Translations under genes and position numbers: made by a program
The notes under the pieces: generated by a model
Database searches by the model: none
The model's input: the letters and a program-made list of their open reading frames with translations, nothing else
Told to the model about the DNA's origin: nothing
Part shown: positions 1 to 9,134 of the stretch, piece after piece
Position numbering within the stretch: position 1 is the stretch's first letter
How the letters are laid out: each line of letters begins with the position of its first letter
Source of the DNA: Minisyncoccota bacterium
GTDB lineage: Bacteria > Patescibacteriota > Minisyncoccia > Phycocordibacterales > Phycocordibacteraceae
DNA: 26,993 nt
Assembly: GCA_018062165.1 (NCBI GenBank)
Contig: JAGOSU010000001.1
Span: 1 to 26,993 of the forward strand
Direction of reading: 5' to 3'

Positions 1-190
1 CCCCTCCCGCCCCTTCCTGTAGGTTAGCTAGTAACGCGGTACGGCGCTCTTTGTAAACTTTCCCCATACGGGACAGGTCTATGAAGGCGTCGCGCGGGTA
101 TTCCGTCCGACGCCTTGGTTGTTATACGCCTCCCGGCCTGTAACAGGTGAGCGGTACTGATTAGAAACTTAGACGTAACGTAAACATTGT

Positions 191-1387
<1,197 letters not shown>

Positions 1388-1406
1388 GCAAGCCAGTATC
1401 ACTCGT

Positions 1407-1763
1407 ATGGCAACTAAAGCTAAAAAGACCCTGAAGAAAGAAGCGTCGGCTCCAACCGAGCCGAAGCTCCGCATCCGGGTCCGCGCCTACGAGCACAAGA
1501 TTCTCGATCTCTCGGTAAGGCAGATTATGGACACCGCTAATCGCTTCGAAGCGAAAATCGTTGGCCCTGTTCCGCTCCCGACTGAGATAAAGCGATGGAC
1601 CGTGAACCGCTCAACCTTCGTCCACAAGGACGCACGCGAGCAGTTCGAAATGCGCATCCACAAGCGACTCATCGATATCCTCTCCCCGAATCCGAAGGTC
1701 ATCGAGGCTCTCACGAACCTCAACCTTCCGTCCGGAGTGACGATTGACGTGAAGATGGTCTAA
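1407..1763 (+). CDS. rpsJ: 30S ribosomal protein S10 with basic N-terminal extension
   Basis: LRIRVRAYEHKILD...GPVPLPT...HKDAREQFEMRIHKRLIDI. Confidence 0.98.
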   Translation: MATKAKKTLKKEASAPTEPKLRIRVRAYEHKILDLSVRQIMDTANRFEAKIVGPVPLPTEIKRWTVNRSTFVHKDAREQFEMRIHKRLIDILSPNPKVIEALTNLNLPSGVTIDVKMV

Positions 1764-1779
1764 CAAGACCAACTTTGAC

Positions 1780-1808
1780 AAAACCGCCCTAGCAATAGGG
1801 CGGTTTTT
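1780..1808. terminator. Bidirectional intrinsic terminator after rpsJ
   Basis: AAAACCGCCCTA-GCAA-TAGGGCGGTTTTT: 12-bp stem, GNRA loop, A tract before and T tract after. Confidence 0.9.
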
Positions 1809-1820
1809 GTATCTCGTTCT

Positions 1821-1967
1821 CTAGAAACCAGAAGGGTCTTTCTCGGTCTTTAGTTTGTGAGCAACTTCTCTTGTAGCGTGCCAAAGCTTCTCCCATGATC
1901 TCATCTCCGCTTGGGGCTTCTTGCCTTCAGCTTTTCTCTTTTCCCAGTATCCTTCCGGTCCAGCCAT
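1821..1967 (-). CDS. 48-aa small hypothetical protein, below the ORF-track cutoff
   Basis: Hand translation MAGPEGYWEKRKAEGKKPQAEMRSWEKLWHATREVAHKLKTEKDPSGF*; TAACAT -10-like box 7 nt upstream; ends just before the bidirectional terminator. Confidence 0.6.
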   Translation of the reverse strand: MAGPEGYWEKRKAEGKKPQAEMRSWEKLWHATREVAHKLKTEKDPSGF

Positions 1968-2094
1968 ACAGAGTATGTTAGATATAACGTTTCACCATTA
2001 AACCCCGGGACTAGAAACTTGCAAGGTTCGAACGTGCACAAACCTCGCTCCAAGGGCTCCCGGGAGCGGTGGTTCGGTATATACTTTTCTCATT

Positions 2095-3057
2095 ATGTTT
2101 GAGCGCAAGAACCCCATTCCCAAGCTGAGTGAGCAACGGAAGCGAGAAAAGGCGAAGTATCGAGATGAGGGGCTCAAAAGGAACGCGGGCTACCGGCGGG
2201 AGCAGATGCGGTACGCAGATCCCCTGGGGTATCTTGGTGATTTACTCACCGGTAAACTTCCAACCGCTAAACAACTTGGCGAAGAGCTGAAAGCGCGCGA
2301 TCAGGAGCGGTTGAGGGAACTGGTAGCAGAGGCGAAGGATGCGGCGCGCATCATGATGCTTGATGACGCGACCAGCTATCGCGCGGGCGAAATGGAACAC
2401 GAGTTGCCGATGGTAGAGTTTGGGGCCTGGCTTGAGGATGCACTACGCGAGGGGAAGCTGCCAGACACGATCATTGCTGAGGACGTTACTGGTCGACCGC
2501 TGGCGCAGATATGTCGCACGTTCCTTACGCTCCTGAACAAGAGGATAAATCCTGATGCTGAAAATGTACCAGTTATTTCGTATGCGGTTGGACGATATAC
2601 GTCGCCTACGTTGGCGAAGCAACTCGCAGAGGGTGTAGCGCAGAAGCTTGAAAAGCGAGGTGCGCGCAATGTGCTTGTCTGCACCGATGCTGTTGAGACC
2701 GGGAGCTCGATGGGTCCGTTGCTCACAGAAATTGGAGGGCAGTCCTACTCTCTCGCTCTTATGATAGATAGGATTACCCCGCGCGCCGAGACGATGATAC
2801 TCGAACGTACGGAGAAGAATCCGGCCGTGCACATCTCGCTCCATCCAGACATGGATATTGGACAAGACTCAGTGCTTATCATGCGTACGCTCGAGCGCCG
2901 GTATAAGAAAAACGCTGATTATAGAGACCTGCTTCTGGTAATCGAGGAGCTAGAGAACCGCCCGTACCGCCTCCAAGCAATTGAAGAGATTGCCACGGTG
3001 ATGTATGAAACCTTCCTTGAGCGTCCGGGGGTCAAGGAATTGGTAGCTGGTCGCTAG
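2095..3057 (+). CDS. Hypothetical protein, possible type I phosphoribosyltransferase-like fold
   Basis: 320 aa; PDTIIAEDVTGRPLA and NVLVCTDAVETGSSM resemble the PPi loop and PRPP-binding loop; TATACT box 9 nt upstream of ATG. Confidence 0.55.
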   Translation: MFERKNPIPKLSEQRKREKAKYRDEGLKRNAGYRREQMRYADPLGYLGDLLTGKLPTAKQLGEELKARDQERLRELVAEAKDAARIMMLDDATSYRAGEMEHELPMVEFGAWLEDALREGKLPDTIIAEDVTGRPLAQICRTFLTLLNKRINPDAENVPVISYAVGRYTSPTLAKQLAEGVAQKLEKRGARNVLVCTDAVETGSSMGPLLTEIGGQSYSLALMIDRITPRAETMILERTEKNPAVHISLHPDMDIGQDSVLIMRTLERRYKKNADYRDLLLVIEELENRPYRLQAIEEIATVMYETFLERPGVKELVAGR

Positions 3058-3072
3058 GGGTATACTTTTCGC

Positions 3073-3405
3073 ATGGCCTTCCCGGAAGAGTTCCGTTCTG
3101 CAGCAAACCAGGATATCTCCACGCTTTCGGTCGTCGAGCTCATCAATCAACATGACGCCCTACGAGATACGTTTAATGCCTATCTCGAGTCCGCACAGAC
3201 CTCGTCGGAGACTGCTCCCGAGCCTGCTCCAGCAGAGCAAATTCGGGCACAGGAGCTGTGGAAAGAACTTCTCCGGCGAGCAATTGCAGACGATTCTGCC
3301 GCACTCGAGGCGGTCATCAAGCGCACTGATGAATCCACGCCGATGACCAGGGAGCGCATTGAGGCACTGCTTCGTTCGGAGGATAGTTTCGGAGACGCAT
3401 CATGA
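3073..3405 (+). CDS. Hypothetical acidic helical protein, 110 aa
   Basis: TATACT at 3061-3066, 6 nt upstream of ATG; ATGA overlap with the next ORF. Confidence 0.7.
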   Translation: MAFPEEFRSAANQDISTLSVVELINQHDALRDTFNAYLESAQTSSETAPEPAPAEQIRAQELWKELLRRAIADDSAALEAVIKRTDESTPMTRERIEALLRSEDSFGDAS

Positions 3406-3764
3406 GTGAAGGAAAAAAATGGTGGAAGAAGCTCGATCCGCTCAAGGGCTATCGAAAGGCGAAGCAGGAGCAAGAGTGGGAAAAGAGCATTACGCACTTT
3501 ATTGATAAGGCTAATGCCCTTGTAGAAGAAGCGTTGAAAACAGAGGATCCGTTGGCGCACGCTCTGAATGAACTGACCTTCTATGGCGAGGCGAAGAGGT
3601 TCGGAGTCATTTCTCCTAGCTCGTTGCGGGTCTATATACGCTATCTGGAAAAGGCCGTGGCAACTGAGGCCCAGGTTCCTATGGACCCTACGGGGAAACG
3701 CCTCAGATTCATGCGAGAGTTGGTCGCAGAGCTTCAAAAGCGCCTGGATCTCAGGGATACCTAG
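3402..3764 (+). CDS. Hypothetical protein, 120 aa
   Basis: ATGA stop/start coupling with the preceding ORF; ends 6 nt before the rplC -35 box. Confidence 0.7.
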   Translation: MSEGKKWWKKLDPLKGYRKAKQEQEWEKSITHFIDKANALVEEALKTEDPLAHALNELTFYGEAKRFGVISPSSLRVYIRYLEKAVATEAQVPMDPTGKRLRFMRELVAELQKRLDLRDT

Positions 3765-3770
3765 CCTTCC

Positions 3771-3799
3771 TTGCATCTTTCGGAGCCTCCCTGTATAGT
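3771..3799 (+). promoter_or_regulatory. sigma70-type promoter for rplC-rplD-rplW-rplB
   Basis: TTGCAT (3771-3776), 17-nt spacer, TATAGT (3794-3799). Confidence 0.7.
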
Positions 3800-3889
3800 C
3801 CTCGAAACGCTACGTACCTCGCACTGAGGGACCAATGGCCGGAAAGGGGAGACCCTCTACGCGCTATTGAAGGCGCGTTTTATTTTTTC

Positions 3890-4495
3890 ATGAAATTCAT
3901 CCTCGCTCGCAAAGACTGCATGACCCAGATCTTCGATGATCAGGGTATCGTCCACGCCGGAACCATCCTCAAGGTGGTGCCGAACGTCGTCACGCAGGTG
4001 AAGGCCAAGGATGGCAAGGATGGTTACGCCGCAGTGCAGGTAGGCATGGACGCACAGACCGAGAAGCGCCTCAGCAAGCCTCAGTTCGGCAAGGCATTTA
4101 AAGTACTTAAGGAGTTCCGCGTCGAGGACACCGCAGGTTTTGAGGTGGGCAATGAGATTACGCTTGAGACCTTCGCTCCGGGGGACGGTGTCCGCGTCGT
4201 CGGCACCTCCAAAGGACATGGCTTCGCCGGCGTAGTGAAGCGCCACGGCTTCCACGGCGGTCGCCGCTCGCACGGTCAGAAGCACTCTGAGCGTGAGGCA
4301 GGTTCCATCGGTGGAGGAGGTCGTGCCGGAGGCCGCGTGGCCAAGGGCATGCGCATGGCCGGCCGCATGGGAGGAGACCGCGTTACGGTCACCAACCTCA
4401 AGGTGCTTCACATAGACGCAAAGAGCGGCGAGATGATTATTTCAGGCGCCGTTCCTGGTCCTCGTGGCTCGGTCGTTGAAGTCATCGCAGCATAA
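3890..4495 (+). CDS. rplC: 50S ribosomal protein L3
   Basis: DGYAAVQVG, SKGHGFAGVVKRHGF, MAGRMG, GAVPGPRGS. Confidence 0.98.
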   Translation: MKFILARKDCMTQIFDDQGIVHAGTILKVVPNVVTQVKAKDGKDGYAAVQVGMDAQTEKRLSKPQFGKAFKVLKEFRVEDTAGFEVGNEITLETFAPGDGVRVVGTSKGHGFAGVVKRHGFHGGRRSHGQKHSEREAGSIGGGGRAGGRVAKGMRMAGRMGGDRVTVTNLKVLHIDAKSGEMIISGAVPGPRGSVVEVIAA

Positions 4496-4503
4496 ATTTT
4501 CGT

Positions 4504-5262
4504 ATGGCACCAACCAAAAAGACAACCGTAAAGAAAGCAGCCCCTAAGAAGGCCGCACCACGCGCAAAGAAGGCGCCTGAGATTACCCCAGGTAAGGGGG
4601 AGGCCGTTATCTATGGCATGGACGGCTCAAAGGCTGGCACGGTCGCTCTTCCGGCAGAGCTCTTCGGCGTGCAGTGGAATGCAGACCTCGTACACCAGGT
4701 CGTCGTTGGCATGCAGGCAAACGCCCGCCCAACGGTCGCCAACACCAAGTTCCGCGGTGAAGTATCCGGAGGAGGCAAGAAGCCGTGGAAGCAGAAGGGT
4801 ACTGGTCGTGCTCGTCACGGCTCTAACCGCTCCCCAATCTGGGTGGGTGGAGGTACCTCTCACGGTCCTCGCGCAGAGCGCGTCTACAGCGTGAAGATCA
4901 ACAAGAAGATGCGCACCGCCGCTCTCATGTCGGTCCTTTCTCGCAAGATGAAGGATGGTGAGGTGATTCTTGTCGAGAAGATGTCCTTTGGTACGCCAAA
5001 GACTTCCGCAGCAGTGAAGACCCTTTCAGCCCTTGCTAAGGCCGCTGATGCGCCAAACCTCACCAAGAAGCGCGTGAATGCCGCACTCATCGTGCTCTCC
5101 GGTAACGATGCAAGCGTGAAGAAGAGCTTCCGCAACATCGGTAACATCACGAGCGAAGAGGTCCGTAACCTTAACCCGGTCGACATCATGAACCGCCGCT
5201 ACCTCGTCATCGAGAACCCGACGGAATCCTTTGCGGTTCTTTCCGGTAAACTAAAGAAATAA
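4504..5262 (+). CDS. rplD: 50S ribosomal protein L4 with Lys/Ala/Pro N-terminal tail
   Basis: EVSGGGKKPWKQKGTGRARHGSNRSPIWVGGG. Confidence 0.98.
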   Translation: MAPTKKTTVKKAAPKKAAPRAKKAPEITPGKGEAVIYGMDGSKAGTVALPAELFGVQWNADLVHQVVVGMQANARPTVANTKFRGEVSGGGKKPWKQKGTGRARHGSNRSPIWVGGGTSHGPRAERVYSVKINKKMRTAALMSVLSRKMKDGEVILVEKMSFGTPKTSAAVKTLSALAKAADAPNLTKKRVNAALIVLSGNDASVKKSFRNIGNITSEEVRNLNPVDIMNRRYLVIENPTESFAVLSGKLKK

Positions 5263-5264
5263 GT

Positions 5265-5624
5265 ATGGGACTCTTTTCATCCGACACGAAGAAGAAAGTA
5301 ACGAAGGCCAAGAAGGTTTCGAAGGCCAAGAAGCCTGCCGTTATGAACGCTGACACCGTGCTTAAGGCACCGTGGATGAGCGAGAAGGCACTCATTGGTA
5401 CCGAGAAGGGTGTCTACGTCTTTGAGGTTCCTCCTGAGGCAACCAAGACGGATGTCATTGCTGCTATGGAGACCATCTACAAGGTCACCCCACGCCAGAT
5501 TCGCATGGTAAACCTCCCAGGTAAGCGCAAAGCTCTTCGCCACAAGCGCGGTATGGGAACACGTGCACGCCGCCACAAGGCCTATGTGTACCTGAAGTCG
5601 GGCGATACCATCACCCTCGTCTAA
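5265..5624 (+). CDS. rplW: 50S ribosomal protein L23
   Basis: APWMSEKA...YVFEV...ATKTDV...HKAYVYL; position in operon. Confidence 0.96.
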   Translation: MGLFSSDTKKKVTKAKKVSKAKKPAVMNADTVLKAPWMSEKALIGTEKGVYVFEVPPEATKTDVIAAMETIYKVTPRQIRMVNLPGKRKALRHKRGMGTRARRHKAYVYLKSGDTITLV

Positions 5625-5634
5625 CCTTTAGATT

Positions 5635-6477
5635 ATGAAAAGCTACAAACCATACACCAAGAGCCGTCGCGGAATGACCACGCTGCCATACAAGCAGCTT
5701 CTTTCCGGTGACCGTCCATTCAAGGCTCTCTTGAAGGCTAAGAAAGACCAGGCAGGACGCAACTCCCAGGGCCGCGTCACCACTCGTCACCAAGGAGGAG
5801 GTCACAAGAAGCGCCTTCGCGATGTCGACTTCCAGTACAACAAGAAGAACATTCCTGCACGTGTTGAGACTATCGAGTACGATCCGTACCGCACTGGCTT
5901 CATCGCGCTCGTGCTCTTCGCGGACGGTGAGCGCCGCTACGTGCTCGCACCGAAGGACCTCAAGGTTGGCGACAGCTTTGTGGTTTCTGAGGACGCGCCA
6001 GTGAAGACGGGTAACCGCATGCCGCTTGGCAAGATTCCTACCGGTACCTTTGTGTACAACATCGAGCTCCAGGTGGGAGCAGGCGCACGCCTCGCTCGCT
6101 CTGCAGGTAACTATGCAGAAGTCATCGCGCATGACGCAGGCTACGCGCAGATCAAGCTTCCTTCTACTGAGGTTCGCAAGGTCTCTGACCTCTGCTGGGC
6201 ATCCATCGGTGCCGTCGGTAACGAAGAGAGCCGCCTCGTGAAGTACGGAAAGGCAGGACGCTCACGTTGGAAGGGTATTCGCCCTACGGTGCGTGGTACG
6301 GCTATGAACCCAGTTGACCACCCACACGGAGGAGGTGAAGGACGTCAGGGTCGTGGTCTCAGGCGGGCCAAGACGATGTGGGGCAAGCCATCCGGCAAGG
6401 GACAGAAGACCCGTACGCCGAAGAAGTACTCGAACTCACACATCGTTTCTCGTCGAAAGGTTGGCAAGAAGGGATAA
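5635..6477 (+). CDS. rplB: 50S ribosomal protein L2
   Basis: IEYDPYRT, RPTVRGTAMNPVDHPHGGGEG. Confidence 0.99.
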   Translation: MKSYKPYTKSRRGMTTLPYKQLLSGDRPFKALLKAKKDQAGRNSQGRVTTRHQGGGHKKRLRDVDFQYNKKNIPARVETIEYDPYRTGFIALVLFADGERRYVLAPKDLKVGDSFVVSEDAPVKTGNRMPLGKIPTGTFVYNIELQVGAGARLARSAGNYAEVIAHDAGYAQIKLPSTEVRKVSDLCWASIGAVGNEESRLVKYGKAGRSRWKGIRPTVRGTAMNPVDHPHGGGEGRQGRGLRRAKTMWGKPSGKGQKTRTPKKYSNSHIVSRRKVGKKG

Positions 6478-6479
6478 GC

Positions 6480-6508
6480 AAAAGGCCGGGATTGACCCGG
6501 CCTTTTTT
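6480..6508 (+). terminator. Intrinsic terminator after rplB
   Basis: AAAAGGCCGGG-ATTGA-CCCGGCCTTTTTT. Confidence 0.9.
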
Positions 6509-6546
6509 GTTGCTACTCTTACCTGGCACTAATCGATATACATTCC

Positions 6547-6783
6547 ATGTCTGATGCTGAATTCCCAAAGCAAGATGAACCGCACATAGCTGATTACGAA
6601 GGGAAGGTTCGTGGTTTTACGGAAAGACTCCGCGCCCTCTACGGCAATACTCCCGCATGGGATGCGCAGATTGCCGAGAGTGCATCTCACGAGCTTGCAG
6701 GAGACGCAGCAAACAAGGTCACGACGATTGACGAAGGCAAGCTACGTCAGGCGTACCGCGAAGCCAAGGAAGCCAACGGTTAA
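6547..6783 (+). CDS. Hypothetical protein, 78 aa
   Basis: ORF fills the space between two terminators; no recognisable motif. Confidence 0.6.
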   Translation: MSDAEFPKQDEPHIADYEGKVRGFTERLRALYGNTPAWDAQIAESASHELAGDAANKVTTIDEGKLRQAYREAKEANG

Positions 6784-6784
6784 C

Positions 6785-6812
6785 AAAAAGCCCCGCGAGA
6801 GCGGGGCTTTTT
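6785..6812. terminator. Bidirectional terminator between convergent genes
   Basis: AAAAAGCCCCGC-GAGA-GCGGGGCTTTTT. Confidence 0.92.
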
Positions 6813-7616
6813 CTATCGGTACTTCGCTTGGAGTATCGCTGAGAGCTCGCTCTTTGGAAGGCGTACTTCCTGCATTCCGAGCGCCCAAGGCCCTACCTGG
6901 TAGGGGGCGAAGATGATAACCAGGTCGTTCCCTTCAAGGTAGAAGTTGAGGAAGTTGTCTTCGTCAGGAGTCGTGCCGGCATCAATCATTTCCATGTTGA
7001 GTTCGGACTCGCTCACATTTGAGGCCGCTGCAATTTGCGTCACGACCCTCGCGTGAGAGCTTGAGGAGAGCCGTGCGAGATAATCGCTGCCTGGGACGAA
7101 GAGATCACCAAGTGTGAGTCCCTCACCGGTTTCAGAGTCGAAGGTGAAGGTGCGGTAGTAGGCGTTGGGGTGTGCGCCAAGCGTGTCCGCGTACATGAGA
7201 TAGACGTAGGACACGGTGGTGTCGGAAGTGTGGAGCTCGTACTCCATACCAAAGGCGTACTTCCGGCCCTCATCCAGGCGCTGCATCGTGATGTCGTCCT
7301 GTGTCATGGTCAGAAGCTCGTTCTCTTCCTTGAAGGACTGCACTGAGTTCTCGGCAAACTGCTTCATGACCTCAACGGCATGTGCGTCGGCTCCGGCGCC
7401 TGCTGAAGCCCTGAGAGGCGTCTGGCTAGGGTATGCAGCCTCAATCTCCCAGTACTGCTCGTCCTCCGTTATAACCCCCGGTTCCCCCTGCGGCCCTCCT
7501 GCTTGAGGGGCGGGCACCTCAGGGGCGGGAGTGCTCGCCATATACCAGATAAGGGCGCCCAGAACGATGATAATGAGGGCGACCCCTCCGATTGCGAGCT
7601 TTTTGTTGGTGTCCAT
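6813..7616 (-). CDS. Membrane-anchored DUF3298/DUF4163 (RsiV/PdaC-like) protein
   Basis: N-terminal TM helix; GAHPNAYYRTFTFDSETGEGLTLGDLF and NFYLEGNDLVIIFAPYQVGPWALG match the family pattern; TAGTAT box 8 nt upstream. Confidence 0.8.
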   Translation of the reverse strand: MDTNKKLAIGGVALIIIVLGALIWYMASTPAPEVPAPQAGGPQGEPGVITEDEQYWEIEAAYPSQTPLRASAGAGADAHAVEVMKQFAENSVQSFKEENELLTMTQDDITMQRLDEGRKYAFGMEYELHTSDTTVSYVYLMYADTLGAHPNAYYRTFTFDSETGEGLTLGDLFVPGSDYLARLSSSSHARVVTQIAAASNVSESELNMEMIDAGTTPDEDNFLNFYLEGNDLVIIFAPYQVGPWALGMQEVRLPKSELSAILQAKYR

Positions 7617-7669
7617 ATCTCTCTATACTACCCCCTACCCGGAAGGAATCATGAAGAATAGGCCGTTAT

Positions 7670-7698
7670 TTGACACTACGCGCTCTTTCCTATAGATT
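7670..7698 (+). promoter_or_regulatory. sigma70-type promoter restarting the operon at rpsS
   Basis: TTGACA (7670-7675), 17-nt spacer, TAGATT (7693-7698). Confidence 0.75.
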
Positions 7699-7737
7699 TC
7701 ACCTATCCCGCGACGCGGGCTTTTCATTGCTTAACTC

Positions 7738-8091
7738 ATGTCTCGCTCCCTCAAGAAAGGACCGTATGTGGACGTCAAACTCCTCAAGAAGGTCAAGGAC
7801 AAGAAACCAGCTTCGGCGGGGGTAATTAAGACATGGGCCCGCAACTCGCAGATTGCTCCTGACTTCGTTGGTTTCACCTTCGGTGTTCACAACGGCAAGG
7901 CCTTCGTGGATGTGCTCGTTACTGAGGACATGGTGGGACACCGCCTTGGTGAGTTCTCCCCTACGAAGAAGTTCATCCGCCACGGAGGAAAGATGCAGAA
8001 GGAGCTCGAGCAGAAGAAGAAGGACTCTGAGATCGCAGCCGCTAAGGCTTCCAAAGAGCCTGCTGCCGCAGCCCCTGCCAAGAAGAAATAA
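7738..8091 (+). CDS. rpsS: 30S ribosomal protein S19 with C-terminal tail
   Basis: [29 protein letters not shown]. Confidence 0.99.
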   Translation: MSRSLKKGPYVDVKLLKKVKDKKPASAGVIKTWARNSQIAPDFVGFTFGVHNGKAFVDVLVTEDMVGHRLGEFSPTKKFIRHGGKMQKELEQKKKDSEIAAAKASKEPAAAAPAKKK

Positions 8092-8093
8092 CT

Positions 8094-8411
8094 ATGAAAG
8101 CCTCACTTACAAGCCACAACCAGCCTCCGCGCAAAGTCCGTCTCGTGACTGACCTCGTGAAGGGCAAGAAGGTAGAAGACGCACTTGCTGCGCTCTCCTT
8201 CCTTCCGAAGCGTGCTGCCGCTCCAATCAAGAAGTTGATTGAGTCTGCTGCTGCCAACGCCAAGAACAAGGGCGAGGATGTTTCCAAGCTCAAGGTGAAG
8301 AACATTACGGTTGATTCCGCAGGTATGTTGGTGAAGTACATGCCCCGCGCTATGGGTCGTGGAGCACCGGTACGCCGCAGGAAGAGCCAGATAAGCGTTG
8401 AGCTCGCATAA
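8094..8411 (+). CDS. rplV: 50S ribosomal protein L22
   Basis: PRKVRLVTDLVKGK, SAAANA, MPRAMGR. Confidence 0.97.
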   Translation: MKASLTSHNQPPRKVRLVTDLVKGKKVEDALAALSFLPKRAAAPIKKLIESAAANAKNKGEDVSKLKVKNITVDSAGMLVKYMPRAMGRGAPVRRRKSQISVELA

Positions 8412-8419
8412 CTTTTCGT

Positions 8420-9124
8420 ATGACACACACCGTACATCCTTACGCACACCGCCTCGGCATCATCCGGGATTGGAAGAGCCGTTGGTTTGCCCGTGGCAAG
8501 GCACAGTATCGCGAGAATATCGCTATTGATGAGGGTATACGCCGTTTCCTCACCAAGCGCCTTAAGGGCATGCACGTCTCAGACATCGAGATTGAGCGCT
8601 CTGCTACCGAGACCCGCGTGCTTTTGCACACCGCCCGCCCAGGTCTCGTCATCGGACGTTCTGGTGAGAACGCTACCAAGCTCCGCAAGGAACTCGCTGG
8701 CGTCATCGCTAAGGCATCTCCTAAGGATTCTGCTGCTCGCAAGTCGCTCGTGAAGCTCGACATCATGGAAGTTCGCCAGCCAGAAACCAACGCTTCCGTT
8801 GTCGGTCAGATGGTTGCCGAGGGTCTTGAGAAGCGCCTTCCGTTCCGCCGTGTGCTGAAGTCCACCGTCGAGAAGGTCATGGCCGTTCGTGATGTCGTTG
8901 GAGTGCGCATCGTGATTTCTGGTCGCCTCGGTGGTGCTGACATGTCTCGCATCGAGCAGATCAAGCGCGGACGTATTCCGCTTCAGACCTTCCGTGCAAA
9001 CATCGACTACGCACACACGGAGGCGCACCTTCCGTACGGCCAGATTGGTATCAAGGTCTGGGTCTACCTCGGCGACACCTTCACCGAGCGCAATCACGGT
9101 CCGCAGCCAGCACCGCGCGCATAA
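8420..9124 (+). CDS. rpsC: 30S ribosomal protein S3
   Basis: RLGIIRDWKSRW, ARPGLVIGR, SGRLGGADMSR, PLQTFRANIDY. Confidence 0.98.
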   Translation: MTHTVHPYAHRLGIIRDWKSRWFARGKAQYRENIAIDEGIRRFLTKRLKGMHVSDIEIERSATETRVLLHTARPGLVIGRSGENATKLRKELAGVIAKASPKDSAARKSLVKLDIMEVRQPETNASVVGQMVAEGLEKRLPFRRVLKSTVEKVMAVRDVVGVRIVISGRLGGADMSRIEQIKRGRIPLQTFRANIDYAHTEAHLPYGQIGIKVWVYLGDTFTERNHGPQPAPRA

Positions 9125-9134
9125 TATTTTTCGT

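Noticed and set aside
2019-2040. TGCAAGGTTCGAACGTGCA near-palindrome or T-loop-like motif
   Set aside because: Short, imperfect and without tRNA context; could be chance
1911-2102. 63-aa plus-strand TTG ORF
   Set aside because: Antisense to the better-supported 48-aa ORF and runs through the divergent promoter region
3866-6495. Same ATTGA loop in the rplC leader hairpin and the rplB terminator
   Set aside because: A 5-nt identity with different stems; likely coincidence
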